Of a stretch of DNA of 64,000 nucleotides, positions 23,438-38,385 are shown in pieces. Source of the DNA: Haliotis rubra (lineage: Eukaryota); assembly GCF_003918875.1 (NCBI RefSeq), contig NW_025767102.1, positions 682,001 through 746,000 of the forward strand, read 5' to 3'. Position 1 is the stretch's first letter. Every line of letters begins with the position of its first letter. The position numbers were made by a program, and so were the translations under genes. The notes under the pieces are model-generated. The model had not been told where the DNA came from. It saw nothing but the letters and a program-made list of their open reading frames with translations, and did not search any database.

Positions 23438-24941
23438 TATAGCAAATGAAACAGTTCCAAGTCCCATATTGTCATATACAACGGCGGATATGAATCGTGG
23501 ACACCAATGGTAAACTACCTAACAAGTAAACATAGCTTTCCTGTAGATGAATCATGCGATATTGCAAAACTAAGCAAGAGTTGATCAATGTGTTGGACTG
23601 ATGCACAAAAGGTATATTGGTCGAATTCCCCATTTCAACATGTAACATGTTAGTGTATTTGTTCACTTTAACCAATGAGTTGTTTTAGCGTGAGTTTGTG
23701 TCGGATGCCAACGGCTGGGCAGGATACGCACATCTTGTGTTACTCACTATTTGAAAGTAATTCAGAAACGCATGCTAATGATAAGGTCGGCCCTGCTTTT
23801 GATGGGGCTTTCTCGTAGTCATAGAAAGGGTATTATTTACATCTTTCAAAAATCTTATTGTATGCAATCTTAATAGGGTGGATATTTCAGTAAAAATACG
23901 TTATATTTGATTTTGCTAGATACCCTTCCCGTGTGAAAGCTAGGTTATTTTTATTGCAACTAATGCTGACTTTCTGGCTGCAAAGGATAATGTGATTATT
24001 TGATTATAGCAAGGCACCATGGTGTGTGCATTGTTAAAGGAGTTGTACACGCAGACCAAACAAAATTTCATCAGGTAATTTGAAACGACTATTTTTATCG
24101 TCTACTAATTCAAGTTCCACTGTCTACTTTTCTTTTGTAATGATCACTTACCCTAATTACCCACAGACAATGTTACAGGTTTACACAAAGCTCTAATGAA
24201 GAGGACTGGACCAAGATGTCTACTTCAGGAAATTCAGTTAATGCACTTAAACCATTTTAGAACGTTGGCATCAGGGGATTACGGAAAAATATTTCAAGGT
24301 TATTTTGAGATATTCTTCACTGTCATTGCTGTCAGCGTGTCTATGGTTAGAGCATACACTCGTGTAGCTAAGTTGAAACAGCTTAGATTAGCAGACTCTG
24401 GTTGAATGCCACAAATACGCAGATGTCAGTGTGTGAAGTCTGCAACTGCACACGTAGGCAATCTGACCACACAACGGCAATGAATAATCAATATTGTATA
24501 TTCAAACCCACAGTTTCATGATTATCATTTCAAACATGCAATACAATTGCTACTCTAAATTGCATTCATAAATACTGTTTAATGTGACCAAAGAGTCATC
24601 TCTACGTTCTTTAATCAACTATCGTTCTGAGGGTATCTCAAATTGGCAGGTAAAGAAGAAACAGATCTGTCAAAACCACCTCGAATCCTGTCGCCCTTAT
24701 ACCAGAATATAGGTGCGGCTAGCCTTCTAGAACTGCACATGTAGCCGGGATATAGTAGATTGTGGTTCTGCCCAGAGAGCTGAATGTGCGTGGTTCGATC
24801 CCTGACTGTGTTACGTCAAACGAAAATATTGTACTTGTTGTTGCCCTGCCCGCCACTCAAAATTGAGAGAAGAAATCCTGGACCAGTAAGCATTTATTTC
24901 TCTGTTTGTTTATTTATTTTATTTATTAGCATTTAAACATA

Positions 24942-26444
24942 CTCTCCAAAAAAAGAAACGCATCATAAAAATAGCAATTTGATGTAGCAATGAATTAAAA
25001 CGTGAATCATTTTACAAGAGGTTATGCTCTGTTTTTGAGTCCTATGGTGTTTATGTTTTGAAACATCACAACAAAACGCACCATCCGTTAAATACCCGTA
25101 TTTAACAGCATGATTTTCATTTTCGGCGTGTGGTGTCACAGAATACACAATTCACATGCAATGCACGTGAAAGTTGGGGATCAGATAGTCTCAATGATGG
25201 GTATAAAAGGTTGATCGCTGTCTGTCGATTATTCACTGTATTTGGAATATTGTTGACGAACGCTAAATGCCACGTCTAAGTGAAGCCAACCGTTATATCG
25301 CCATTGGTTTGCTTGAAGCTGGCCAGTCTCAACGTGCAGTTGCCCGACGCATGAATGTTCACCAAAGCACCATTTCACGGCTCTGGGAGAGATATCGCCG
25401 GCAGAATGCGGTCGTAGTAGGCGACCTCGAGCGACCACTGCGGCGCAGGATCGCTACATCCGGGTACATCACCTGCGCATCGAACAGCTACGGCGACCAG
25501 TACCGCTCGACAAATACCCGGATTGAGGAGGCTTTCTGCACAGACCGTCAGGAACAGGTTGAGAGAGGCTGGTTTACGTGCTAGAAGACCTTATTTTGGC
25601 CCTGTGCTTCGACAACAACATCGTCGACATCGAGTTCAATGGTGCACCAACGTTCAGGCCTGGAACCTACCGAATTGGCGTAGAATCTGGTTCATTGATG
25701 AATCACGATTTCTATTGGAACGACGCAATGGAGGAATGCGGGTGTACAGACGTCGACGTGAACGTTTCGCCGACGCTTGCGTTCCCCAGGTGGACAGATG
25801 CGGCCGGGGCAGTGTTATGATGTGGGGAGCGATCACCTGCCGTAGGAGAAGTTATTTGGTGTTGATCCAGGGCAACCTCAACGGTACTGTGACGAAATCC
25901 TACGCCCACACCTCCTTCCAATCATTGATCGCCAGAGGGAGTTGTTTCAACAGGAAACTGCCAGGCCCCACACAGCACGTCACACTAGAGACTTCCTTCA
26001 GAACCACAACATCAATGTGCTCCCCTGGCCCTCAAGATCACCGGACTTAAACCCGATCGAACATCTGTGGGATGCCCTAGACAGACGGGTGCGACGCCGT
26101 AACCCTCAGCCCCAGACACTTCAGCAACTCGCACAGGTACTACAGGCAGAGTAGGCTGCGATTGGGCAACACGAGATTCTGAGACTTATTCGTTCGATGC
26201 CGAGGCGATGCCGTGCAGTTCTGGATGCCCACGGTGGTCACACGAGATATTGACTTCAGCGCACCACACGTCTCCATGTGACACTCAAACTGACTTTCCT
26301 CGAGTTGGTGCCAAAGACGGATAAGTCTGCAATCCCAGTGTTCAATTTCGATATATTTCATTGACTCATAAAGCCTACAAGATGTTTCAAAATAAACATA
26401 AAAATACAGTTGAAATTCCTATATGCGTTTCTTTTTTGGGAGAG
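24942..26444 (+). mobile_element. Tc1/mariner (DD34E) DNA transposon, complete with TIRs
   Basis: TIRs CTCTCCAAAAAAAGAAACGCAT / ATGCGTTTCTTTTTTGGGAGAG flanked by TA; the empty site is in copy 3 near 36220. Confidence 0.92.
25267..26253 (+). pseudogene. Tc1-type transposase with frameshifts and a premature stop
   Basis: HTH (SQRAVARRMNVHQSTISRL), SAQTVRNRLREAGLRARRP, FIDESRF, SVMMWGAI, FQQETARPH (second Asp changed to Glu), SPDLNPIEHLW; TAG at 26152. Confidence 0.9.
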
Positions 26445-27869
26445 TATAATTTGATATCTTGCTGCCACTTACAAATGATGCAAAATTATTCACACTAAAA
26501 CAACTTACATATTGATCATTTCAATCCCCCATCCACAATCATACCCATAACTTAACTACTAGCCGACAACACGTCCATAAAGGAAGGACTGGTTTGAAGT
26601 CCTGCAAAATATCATTTCCCAACTGTGAGATACATGGGGTTTTGCTACCAAAGAAAATAAAAGTATATATTTACACACTCCAGATCCGCAACCAAGTATA
26701 ACATGTAACGGCTTTATTGAACATAGAGAACAGATTCCCGGAGCGGCAAAGGTTACGACAGCAATATAGTGTACATACTTGGCAATGTAAATCACAGCCC
26801 TGTGAACTTTCCTTTTTTATTAACCAATATATTGGCTCCTATTTCAAGTGTTTTCAGGATCTACTCGTGTGATCATCTTTGAGTGAAATTGTCCATGGCT
26901 GTTCCATTAAGCGTCCATCACAACATAATGAGTCGACACGAAATAACAGACTGGGTCACCGTAACTTTGTCCAGATGAGTCTCGATCCCAACGCCATGGA
27001 GACGATTTGATATTCCATTTGATATACATCTCCCGAAGGTTTGAAGACATGATGAGTTGAAAGGAAATTATGTATCAGTTGTAAATGGACGTTTTACAGA
27101 ATAGTTTTTAGCGATACATGAAGTGGTTTTGGCAACTTTCTGGGAAACGAGGTTGATAATATGATGCTGGACTAGGGAGACTGATGAAGGATAGTGTAGA
27201 GGCTATTGATTGCTTTAGCTAGATTGTCTATGATACCGCTATTTATTGAACGGTATTTCAGACTATTTGGGTTTTAATGATGACGGAGGTGTTTTTTTCA
27301 ATATAAATGGTAAAAGTGTTGTGGCTGAGGTGGGTTGGTGTTTTAGTTTTAATGATGATAGATATGATATATATATATATATATAATATATATTATATGT
27401 GTGTGTTGTGGTGGGTGGGGTGTGGGTGTGTGGGTGTGGGTGTTAAATGTGTTCTGGTTGGATGGCATGATGAGTTTTAACGCTGCTACGATTGACGTAT
27501 TGGGATAACAGCAACGGGGTGAAATAAAAAAAATGACGATTTCTTGCAAAACTCATGATCGAAACTTACAACCAACATGTGCAATCTGACTGCCATTGGG
27601 GAGCAGTGCTTATCGTTTATGTGTCGTATTGGAAGATAGCAGCTAACGCTTTGGTCAGTCCGGATACGTGCAGAAACAACTAATATTCGTGACTGGGAGG
27701 ACCAACCCTGAACGTATATGTCTGTTGAGTGAACACCGAAACGAATGAGTGAGGATGAGTGTTCTATGTAAGTACACACGGTAACAGGGATGCTTAACTT
27801 CGGGATGTTATATATATACTTTTGTCATTATGATAAAATATGAGAGTGGGTGTTTATACATTGTAAAAT

Positions 27870-29860
27870 CGACAGGTGTCTCTGTTGCAACTTGAATAGT
27901 TCTCAAAACGTCAATCAAAGGAATTCAGTCTTCATTTTCACTGCGTATGAATAACATCCTTTAATGCTCAAATGGTATCTTTTATGCTCAATCCAATATT
28001 TACAAAATGTCCGATTACAATTCACCCCATCACCTAATCGTAGCGTTACTATCAGTTTATGTAACGTTTCAACAATAAATTGAGTCCCCTGATGTGTCCA
28101 CATGTGATCGCAAAACTCATTACTTTGGGTGCAAATATAAGTAACATATGGAATAACCGACTGGCAACCTCGAATTACCCATTATCTGTCCCTCGTGGAA
28201 TAATCTTAAACGTCAAGCCCAAGTTCGCGAATGACAAAAGTCTATTCCCTGAGGACAATTCCTACCTCATTCCACGATGCTCTCGAAACAAACGCCAAAC
28301 GTGGGTCTATCTTTATATGACACAACCCTACTTTTATCGGTCCATCGTGAATAGCACTTTTTATTACTAACATTCGAGAACAGACTTGCTGGGAAGAAAA
28401 CACATCTATATTGTGTAATGTCAGATCGATGATCCACAAAGAAGGTACTAAAATACCGCCATAGATTAACTGAACCAAGAAGCAGCGTCTCGAAGCTCTT
28501 CGGTGATATGGTTTATGAGCTATAGATATTTCAATCGCTAAGTATGAACACGTTCTGGGATATACGGTTAATTGAAAAATACCTTTATCATCTTTTTCTA
28601 TCTAAAGTAAGATCTCTCCAACACACCCTTATGCTTTTAGAAGGATCTACAACTCAGACGTTTTACCAGGAAGTAGACAATCCCGTGTTGAAAGTGACTG
28701 AGTAGTATATAATTATGGGGACGTGGACACCATTTAAATCGTAATGGTTAAGGTAGGCGACTGATAAATACTTACTGGTGCAAAAGATCATTAAATCCAC
28801 TAAATCCTCTTACCGCCCATGTTCAGCAGACCTTCACATATCATGGGATTATGTACAAACAAATAAATACCTTTTAAAATGAAACTGTAATTGCTGAATA
28901 TATTCCCAGTTCTCTTTTCAATTTTGGATTAGAGACAATCCGTACAAGGAAAGTCTTAGAGATATAGCTTAGAGATTCCAACAAATTTAATCCTTAATAC
29001 AATCAGGAAAGGCCTTTCATTTTTATTCACTGTTTGAGGCAAGTGGAATGTAAAGCACGTGGAATTTCTCAGACTCAAAGGATCTGCTCGACATTTTGCG
29101 GTCTAAGAAAAGTACCAATCATTTTTTTGACAAAGCATTTGATTTGGCTAACCAAAGGAAAAACTTCATTCCTTGATCAATGTGGCTTTTGTTACAAAAC
29201 GTGCTGACCATTGATATTATGCCTCGTGTTCAAAGATGAAAGGAAATATTGACTTAGAAACCAATGCGTGAAATGCTTGACTTCTTCACTGATAAAATCG
29301 GTGTAAAATGGAGCTATAAGACATTTAATCGAGAATCAGACATCTCCATGAGCAACTGAACAATGAGTGTAGGAGATCACTGAAACTGTCTCTATCTTTT
29401 TCAGAGTGAGACATAAAGACTCGGTGCGACCAAACACTCTGTATGACATGAGGGATGATTTCCAGAGTGTCAGCTCAGCAACTGGAGTCAACATTTCACA
29501 ACTTCAGAATTACACCCATGTTAGCAGTCATGTGAAACAGTACCACATTTTATTCCCCATGACGTCACATAACTTGTAACGTCATGTATTCTTGCGCTGT
29601 TCACTTCGCCTGTTTGAGTGAACTATGCAAGATAAACCTTACTGTTATCAACAAAACTACTTCTAATTTTATTCATAGTTATGTTCTGCTTCACTGTGAC
29701 AGATATTTGAGCAAAGCTCTTTCCAAAAGCATCAAAAGTTCAAACGTTTTGATTGGGGTTGTAATATAAATGTTTTAGACTAGACGTTAAAGAATAGTTC
29801 AAATTTGAAAGTGATTAAAATATGTCTTATGCAGTTACATCCTTTGAACTGTACCATATG
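27870..29860 (+). pseudogene. decayed Penelope-like ORF, copy 2
   Basis: Paralog of 9680-11620; KEKLHSLINVAFVTK, MREMLDFFTDKIGVKWSYKTF, LYDMRDDF..GVNISQL. Confidence 0.7.
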
Positions 29861-30044
29861 TTCCCATTCTTCAGTTGAACATTTGCCTTTGCATGTGTAT
29901 GTGACCGGTGCCACAAGCACTGATCTATAAACAAAGAGTTTTGTTGCAAACGTCTTCTCCACGTTTTGTAATTTATAGGGTTTTTTGCCAATTCGCAGAT
30001 CAAAATATGGATGCGATACAGGACTGCAGTCCTAGTACTTGCAC

Positions 30045-30500
30045 CAGCTTTGGTCTATCAGCTGTAAGAGTGATGGTTTTCTTGGATTCCAAAAGATTTC
30101 ACTTGGTTCACTAACTCGTCAATGGCCAACATTATGCTGATCAGCTGAGGATACTTTGTGAGAACATCAAGGCAAAACGTCGGAGGAAACTTAGTGTCTC
30201 TTATTTCACCTCGACATTGCACCTCTGCGTATCTTTTCTTTGGTTTCAATGCTTTCCTGATGTTTTGAATTCATGAGACATCATTCACATTCGTCAGGCG
30301 ATTTACGTCTTTTGCCAATTGTGAAGTCAGAACGGCCTGGCAATAAGGCAAATGGTGATGACTTCATTTCTGCAGTGGACGACACTTTAGACCACCATGA
30401 TCAAACCTTCTACACAAGCAGATTCAAAGCAATCCATCCCTGTTGGTAGAATTGTGTGGTTTCAAAGATAATTATTTGGAAAAACTACTTTTCAACTTAC
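30045..30500 (+). pseudogene. decayed mariner (DD34D-type) transposase C-terminus (paralog at 42630-43010)
   Basis: SAVRVMVFLDSK, VNGQHYADQLRILCENIKAKRR, LFHLDIAP and DFISAVDDTLDHHDQTFYTSRFKAIHPCW resemble mariner SAGKVMASVFWD..INGQYYA..FHQDNAP..AVEDFF..FYTTGIQALQHRW. Confidence 0.75.
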
Positions 30501-31231
30501 TTCGTCAACAAAACTATCCTAGACACCCCTTATACTTCATAACAACCACTCAGTTGCATATTATACACTTAATTACTCCCAGGAAGTTGTGGTGATGCTG
30601 AAATATTGATCACTAGCGCAACAGGACATCCACCGACCCTATGGTTTGCGTGGATGATTTTATGGACATACTCAGCCCTGGACATCCCAGGGGTAAAGCT
30701 GAGTAATGTATGTTCCAGAACTCCAAGATTTCGTTACAGACTTTCATAAACTTCATGATTATAATTATACTCGTATAATTCACATTTGAACAGTGGAGTC
30801 AGTTGTCCCACATTCATCATCACCCTGAGACTGCGAGCCATTGATTAGATTATCCTTCCACCTGTGATGCCATTTCGAAAGGTTGTGTCTGGTCGTTCAA
30901 CCATGTAGAGTAACGTTTGAAATCAATAATAGAATTATGCCAATAAATGGATGCTTTTCGAAGTCGGACGTTAATTTCTTTGTACACACATGTACATTAA
31001 AGAAACAAGAATAAAGTGTTTCCGATCAAGCGCAAATTGAAATATTTTCAAACGCATGGTTGTGCTTCCTCAATCGTCTGTGCAGTTTGTAAAAGTAATC
31101 TTGGTTCTTGTCGTCACTCTTTTCATCATTTCATTCTATGTGTATTATAATTTACAATTCTATGTTTTACGCGCGTCTAGATATGATGGTGTAGTAACAT
31201 GATGTTTTGACCTGTATCAGCATCCCTTGAG

Positions 31232-31470
31232 GTAAGTGAGTGAGTGAGTTAGGTTTTACGCCCCACTCAGCAATATTCCAACCTTTTGCAGGTGATCTGT
31301 AAATAATCGAATCTGGACCAGACAATCTAGCGATCAGCAGCAGGAGCATCGATCTACGCAATTGGGATACGATGACATGTGTTAACCAAGTCAGCGAACA
31401 TGACCACCTGATCCCGTTAGTCGCCCAAGCATTGGTTACTGAAGAGCAATTCTAACCAGGACCTTAGCGA
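31232..31470 (-). mobile_element. headless SINE family A at the site where copy 2 lacks the minisatellite
   Basis: (GAGT)n tail plus family A body. Confidence 0.85.
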
Positions 31471-32769
31471 ATGATTACTCCCAACTTCGAAGTACCTGGA
31501 AACACTCCTATAGAAGTACCGGAGGTTGTCAAGGTGACCGTCACATGTGTCTCTATCCAACTACTGGATACATTCAGCTAATCCATTTATACAGGCAGTG
31601 TCATGTAGGTGAGAGTTAAATAGATTGCTTACCCAGTGAGTCGTCATGTTCCATAGTTTCTTTAAGACAATGTTAACCTTGCTTGTGTCAATTCAAACCC
31701 TTTTTCGTCTCTTGGAACTAAGGCTTCTTTTTTTAAATATTTTGGAAAAAAACATTGTGTGATTTTAAAAGTTTTAGCCCAAACCATCTATACAGCGAAG
31801 ACGATCGTTATAAACGTCATGAACACGTCCCAGGCTTACAAAGTGTTTTAGTTTTAGCTGAAAAAGTGTTGTTCAATCTCGTGTATGCAGTATTCCTGCA
31901 GAGACGATTAATGTCAAAAGCATTCATTGAAACATCGTTAAGTGTTTCCAACTTAAAAACCTATACAGTGTCTGTGCCATTTGTACTGATTGTTTCTTGA
32001 AAACGCGAAAACATATGATGGGATTTGGACAGCCGTCAATGCTGATTCATCAAATTAAAAACCTATAGTGTTTGTACTGACTGGTTCGTGAAAACGCGAG
32101 AGAGAAAATATTATGGGATTTGGACAGCTGGTTCATCTTCAGACACGACAGCCTGTATTCTTCTCGTTATTTGTTTTTTTGTAGATCTCGACAGCTTCAG
32201 TTTTGGTCGTAGACATGTTTTATTTTTTGCTTTGTTTTGGTAAGTGTTTAACGCCGCATTCGGTGGTCTGTAAATAATCAAGTCTGGACCAGACAATCCA
32301 GTGGTCAGCATCATAAGCATCGATCTACGTAATCGGGATACGATGTCATGTGTCAACCAAGTCTCTTACCACAAGCATATGTTGCTGAAGACCAATTCTA
32401 ACCCGGATCTTTCCGGGTTTCGTAGACATGAGTATGGGTTGAATAACAGAACAGAGTATGAGTTGAATAACTGTTTCAGAACAAGGAACTGCATTTAACA
32501 TGTAAACCATATCGCATAGCAAATACGTTTGAGTTATTCAGTTGCAAATAATGCTCTCATACTAACATAATGGATCATTTCTTCACATTCTAGAGCAAGT
32601 AGATCATTCATGCACCACATTTACCACTGAGACACACATCATCATCACAATTTAACTCCACTCTTACAAAATGAGACACTACACTAATTGTAACTCCCTC
32701 ACCGTAACTTGTTATTTCGACTTTTTACTCATCGATTCTATTATTTCTTCATTTCAATTATTAAGTACC

Positions 32770-34210
32770 AACGGAGTCAAGAGAACACACACAAACTATG
32801 GCCGGCCCTTAACTAAAGGAATTGAATCAACACCCACTGCTTCATCATGTAAGTACAATTGCTCTATGGCATATGATGGATGACAATAAGGTCTTTATTG
32901 TTGCAAGTACTTGGACAAAGTTAAGTAAATCCCAACCAAGATGTATTGGGTCAGGTAAATAAATCACATCAAGTAAGTCACGTGACGCACATTATGCACA
33001 GTTCAATAAAGTCACAATTCATGAGCACAGGCTTATGACACACAAGTCTCCAGTCTCAGCTCAAGTCAGCTCAAGTCTCATATGCCCGAGGTAATCACAG
33101 AACAAGTCCCAGCACTGGTGTTACAATCAGTCCTGTAAATGAAACCTGTGCACTGACCGGTTCAACTAACAGCAAGATGCAGGCAATGCTTCATCCTTCT
33201 CAACCTGTGGTGGCTCTGTCATCAATAGTCTGCAAAGATCCTCACTGGGGGGCTCCATTATGTAACCGGGACGTGAATGGGAATACTGAGGACCAGACAC
33301 TGATTACGGGTTGTGAGATCTATTCTTTATTGACAGACACCCTGAAACACATGTTTACAAAATAAGTGCCAAGTTAAGGGCAAACATATAAATATAGATA
33401 AATATATACAATCATTGAATCTCTGATATCATTTCTAACATACACTGGGATGTAGAAGAGCCACGTCTCCAAGATGAATATACTGCTGCTACAAGAACAA
33501 GCAAACCAAAGTCTCAATATTCTAAATATGTATATATACAAATCACAACAATCAGCAGCTATGGTTCAGTACTGACGTAACTATGTGTAAGCTATATCAG
33601 GTCATACTTATAATCATTCACACATTCAATCATTCTACATCGTAAGTATAATGTAAATGAAGTGCGTTATGGTTATAATGCACAGTAAATAACCTATGCA
33701 TAAACATCATTGAATATTTACAAATAAACAAAGTAGCATAGTTTTAAGCATGATCGTTATTTACTATATCACTGCAAGATAGTCTACTAACCTCGGCATA
33801 ATATTTACAATTGCACAAATATACTTTAACCTATTTTATTATCATGAAGAACATTTAATTAGCACTAATAACATTGTTATTTAGTACAACATATATAAAA
33901 TACTTGAAATATTGTTCCTACCTTTAGATCGGACGTGTTAGTTGTTTTGTGCTCTGAACTGCGATCGGATTGAAGTGAAGTGCAATGGCTGACGTGCAAG
34001 TAATGTTTAGTGTTTTAAAAGAACCAATCGACACAAGGGGCCAAGCAAGTCAAAGGGCACAACACAAGCGATGACACAATCTCTTGACACCCCTTATACC
34101 CGTAATGCACTAGGCAAGATCTAAAAATAACCATAGACTAACGCTTAAAAATGATACTGCTTGCGTTAAAACTATAAACAATGACAACTTCAAATGAACC
34201 AAACCTTACA
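32770..34210 (-). mobile_element. truncated Gypsy-type LTR retrotransposon: LTR 33261-34210, putative PBS and leader
   Basis: On the minus strand TGTAAGG...AATAAA...CCGGTTACA is followed by TAATGGAGCCCCCCAGTGAG (PBS-like). No coding region or TSD seen; it interrupts the palindromic MITE. Confidence 0.6.
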
Positions 34211-37200
34211 TGACTTCATACCTGCCACATTAAGTCGAAATTTCGAGTCCTTTCTTGTTATTTCGATTGTTTTAGTTGTGTAAAGTATATTTTCAAAACA
34301 CAGAAAATTCGAGACAAACTAATCAAATAACGAAAAATTCGGGTATTAAAAATAAATAATGCTACGAAATAATTGAAATTAAGCCCTTACATTGTATACA
34401 CTATATGATATTTTATACAGAAACTGGCTGTGTCGACGCTTAAGGGATGCCACTTAATACATTGGAAGGTTCTTTGGTTACAACGACTGCCAACATCTTT
34501 TGTTTGTTATAACGTCCTTATTCCTGTCCTTATCCTCTTTTGACATTCATGCAAAAATAGCCTGGACAAGTATAGGCTATTGTTGGTTCTTTCTTTTCCA
34601 ACACTGGCTTTTTCCGTGATTCCTGCCTGGATATGTTAAGGGATAACGGTGAATCATTATATTTATGAAACGGATGTTCTGAAAACAAAAATAACAGCTT
34701 CTAAAATTATCTTTTAAGAAGTTTCCTTACGCTCGAAACACCGTGATAGTGCTTCATCATTAGCAAGAAGAAATTGATCTCATCTAGAGATGCACCTGTA
34801 TTTGCGCTGAGCATGTTCTTGAAGCTTTACTGGCACTCCACGTCCTCGTACAATTGAACTGTCATTCACATCACCGACTTTTAATCTCTGACCTCACCTG
34901 TTACCAGCCCTCGACCAGTTTGGGCCACGTTTACGTGTGACACAAGTACCTGTTTCAATCCTAGGAGGCGTTGCATGTGACACAGGTGTCATCCAATCGA
35001 TGAAACTGACACTGAAGACATGTCATCCATGGCGTTGCGATGACAAAGCAGAGATACAGCCGACATGTGCTGGAGAAGCATGGTGGAATACCTGTATTGA
35101 GTATGTGTACAGATGGAATGATGGTTGTCCAATACTGAGTGAAACTAACAAGGGAAGACATGTACAAGTGTTAATGTTTTCTATTCCAGGTTTCTATGCA
35201 ATGTTTGTATAGCACCATGAGTGAAAATGTGAGAAATTCTGAAGGAAGACTACGATGAAGTGGTGTTCTCTGTCTACTTTTCTTTTGTAATGTTCACTTA
35301 CCCTACTTACTCACATACAGCGTTACAGGTTTACACAAAGCTCTAATGAAGATAACTGGACCAGGATTGGAGACCCTCGTTACATCGCAAAGGCACGACT
35401 GTCTCTGTATTTGTACACCCCTTATTTAATCACTATGCGATACGTTTACTTTTCTGAAGCCGGACGATGGGAGGGGGTTAACAAATCAAATGAAAAGATT
35501 TGCAAAAAAGATTGTGCAGAAAGATTTCGAAATACTTAAAAAGATTTTTATTTTCTGTGACATTTTAACATTTAGATTAGGCCATCCTTGAACCAATTTC
35601 TTCAGAGGTTACGAAGTTGAAATCCACATCTGAATTGGCTGATAAGTTTTCGACCGAAATATTTTTAAGGAAAATCAGTTAATTCATTTAAACCATTTTA
35701 GAAATTTGGCATTTGGGGGTTTGGGGGGAAATATATTTCTGTTGCGTTGTGGCGATGTCTTTTTTAATCCTTGTAAGAAATGGCATCAAAATCAACATTT
35801 TCAGATAAAGTCGATTTTAAACTTATGCAATTGTGTAATATCATGTTATCAACACTTTTGTTACATATTTTGACGTTTGTTTGTACACATTAGGTAATTA
35901 ATAGATTTTTAAAAATACAAAACGCCTATGCGATTCAGGTACAGAAGAAACAGGTCGAATGCTGTCGCCATTATACCAGAATTTAGGTGCGGCTAGCTTT
36001 CTAGAACTGCACATGTAGCTAGGGTCTAGTAGATAGTGGTTCTGCCCGGAGAGCTGATGGCGCGTGGTTCCATCCCTGGCTGCGTTATGTCGAACTGAGT
36101 GAAATATATAGTACTTGTTCTTACCCTTCCTGCCACTCAAAATTGAGAGGAGAAATCCAGGACCGGAAAGCAGTTTCTTGTTTGTGCGTTTGTTTGTTTA
36201 ATTACTTTATTTAATAGTATATAATATATTTTGATATCTTGCTGACACTTACAAAATTATTTACACTAAAACTACTTACACATTATTCATTTCACTCTCT
36301 CCTCCACAATCATATTCACAGCCCATAGTACCAGCCCACCAGACGTCCACCAACTGGCTTGAAGTCCTGCACAATATCAACTGTAAGATACATGGTGTTT
36401 TGCCACCGGAGGAAATAAAGGTATATATTTACATACTCCAGATCCGCAACCAAGTGTAACATGTGACGGCTTTATTGAGCATAGAGAACAGATTCCCGGA
36501 GCGGCAAAGGTTACGACAGCAATATAGTGTACATACTTGGCAAATGTAAATCACAGCCCTGTGAACTTTCCTTTTTTATTAACCAATATTATGGCTCCTA
36601 TTTCAAGTGTTTTCAGGGATTTACTCGTGTGATCATCCTTGAGTGAAATTGTCTATGGCTGTTCCATTAAGCGTCCATCACAACATAATGAGTCGACACG
36701 AAATAACAGACTGGGTCACCGTAACTTTGTCCAGATGAGATTCAATCCCAACGCCATGGAGACGATTTGATATTCCATTTGATATACATCACCCAAAGGT
36801 TTGAAGACGAGATGAGTTGAAAGGAAATTATGTATCAGTTGTAAATGGACGTTTTACAGAATAGTTTTTAGCGATACATGAAGTGGTTTTGGCAACTTTC
36901 TGGGAAACGAGATTGATAATATGATGCTGGACTAGGGAGACTGATGAAGGATAGTGTAGAGGCTATTGATTGCTTTAGCTACTTTGTCTAGGATACCGCC
37001 ATTTATTGAACGGTATTTCAGACTATTTGTTTTTTAATGATGACGGAGGTGTTGTTTTTCAATATAAATCATGGTAAAAGCTTTGTGGCTGAGGTGGGTT
37101 GGAGTTGTAGTTTTAATGATAATAGATATGTGTTTTTTCTATATATATGTGTTAAATGTGGACTGGTTTTGATGGCATGGTGAGTTTTAACGCTGCTACA

Positions 37201-37439
37201 ATTGAAATATTGGGATTACAGCAACCAGGTGAAATGAAACAAATGACGATTTCTTGCAAAACTCATTATCGAAACAAAAAAACTAACATTTGCAATATGG
37301 CTGTAATAGTGCTTATCGTTTATGTGTCCTCGTGTTGTACGATGGCAGCTAACGTTTGGTCAGTCCAGATACGTGCAGAAACAACTAACGTTCGTGACTG
37401 GGAAGACCAACCCTGTACGTGTATGTCTGTTTGGAGTGA

Positions 37440-37795
37440 AACCGCCTCCGTGGTGTAGTGGTTACAGCGTCCGCCCAGAGAGCGGAAAGTCGCGGGTTCG
37501 ATCCCCGACCGCGTCATACCAAAATACGTTAAAATATAGTACTTGTTGGTCCCTGGCTGGCGCTCGGCATTAATGGGTACAACAAGGACTGGTCGGCTCG
37601 GAGTCGGTACAATGTGTCTGAGTGGGGTATTCATGCTTCACTGCGGCATGGTATCTCAGTGGGCTAGCACTATAAAACCAGCTTGAGTCTTGGCTAGTAC
37701 AAGCAGCCGCAAATACACATACACACGCATGCACGTCGTCATATGAGCGAAATATTCTCAAGCACGACGATAAACCCAATTTCACCTCACCTCAC
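37440..37795 (+). mobile_element. tRNA-headed SINE family C with TSD
   Basis: Flanked by CTGTTTGGAGTGAA / CTGTTTGGAATGAA; empty site at ~27721-27740 in copy 2. Confidence 0.92.
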
Positions 37796-38385
37796 CTGTT
37801 TGGAATGAACACCGAAAACGAATTTGTGAGGTTGAGTGAAGTGAGGTTCAAAACAAGTACAGTTTCTCACCCTGCGATCTTCAAAGCACGATTTCACGTG
37901 AGTGTCGCATTTCCTCATACACACATACACTATAATGCTTTGATAATCACACCTCGTGTGTCCTCGCTAATCTCCAGCTTTAGCAATCATATCACGCGTG
38001 CCCTCCTTATACTACAGCGCTGACAATCATGCAGTCATACCTTGCATTTCCTTGCCATATAACATCTACAGAGAATACTACCCGAGGTCTCATTACATAC
38101 GCATTATATGATTATATGAAACGAGTGTCCTTCCTATGGCATCTGAACAAGCGAAATTTCATCCCGCATTTCCCCGCTATACTGCAGCATTGACAATCAT
38201 ACCACGCATTCCGTTGATATACATCTTTAGCAATCACACCCCGTGTATGCTATAGTCTTGACAAACATACCACGTGCGTCCTCAATATACGACAGATTTA
38301 TTAATCATACCAAGGCATGCATTTCCTTGCTTTATTAATTTCACTACGACTTTCCTGGCCATAGTACAGTTTTGCTCATCATATA

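Larger units (their letters stand above)
15630..32675 (+). repeat. tandem segmental duplication unit, copy 2 (expanded by LINE and Tc1 insertions; minisatellite region missing)
   Basis: Colinear homology with copies 1 and 3. Confidence 0.9.
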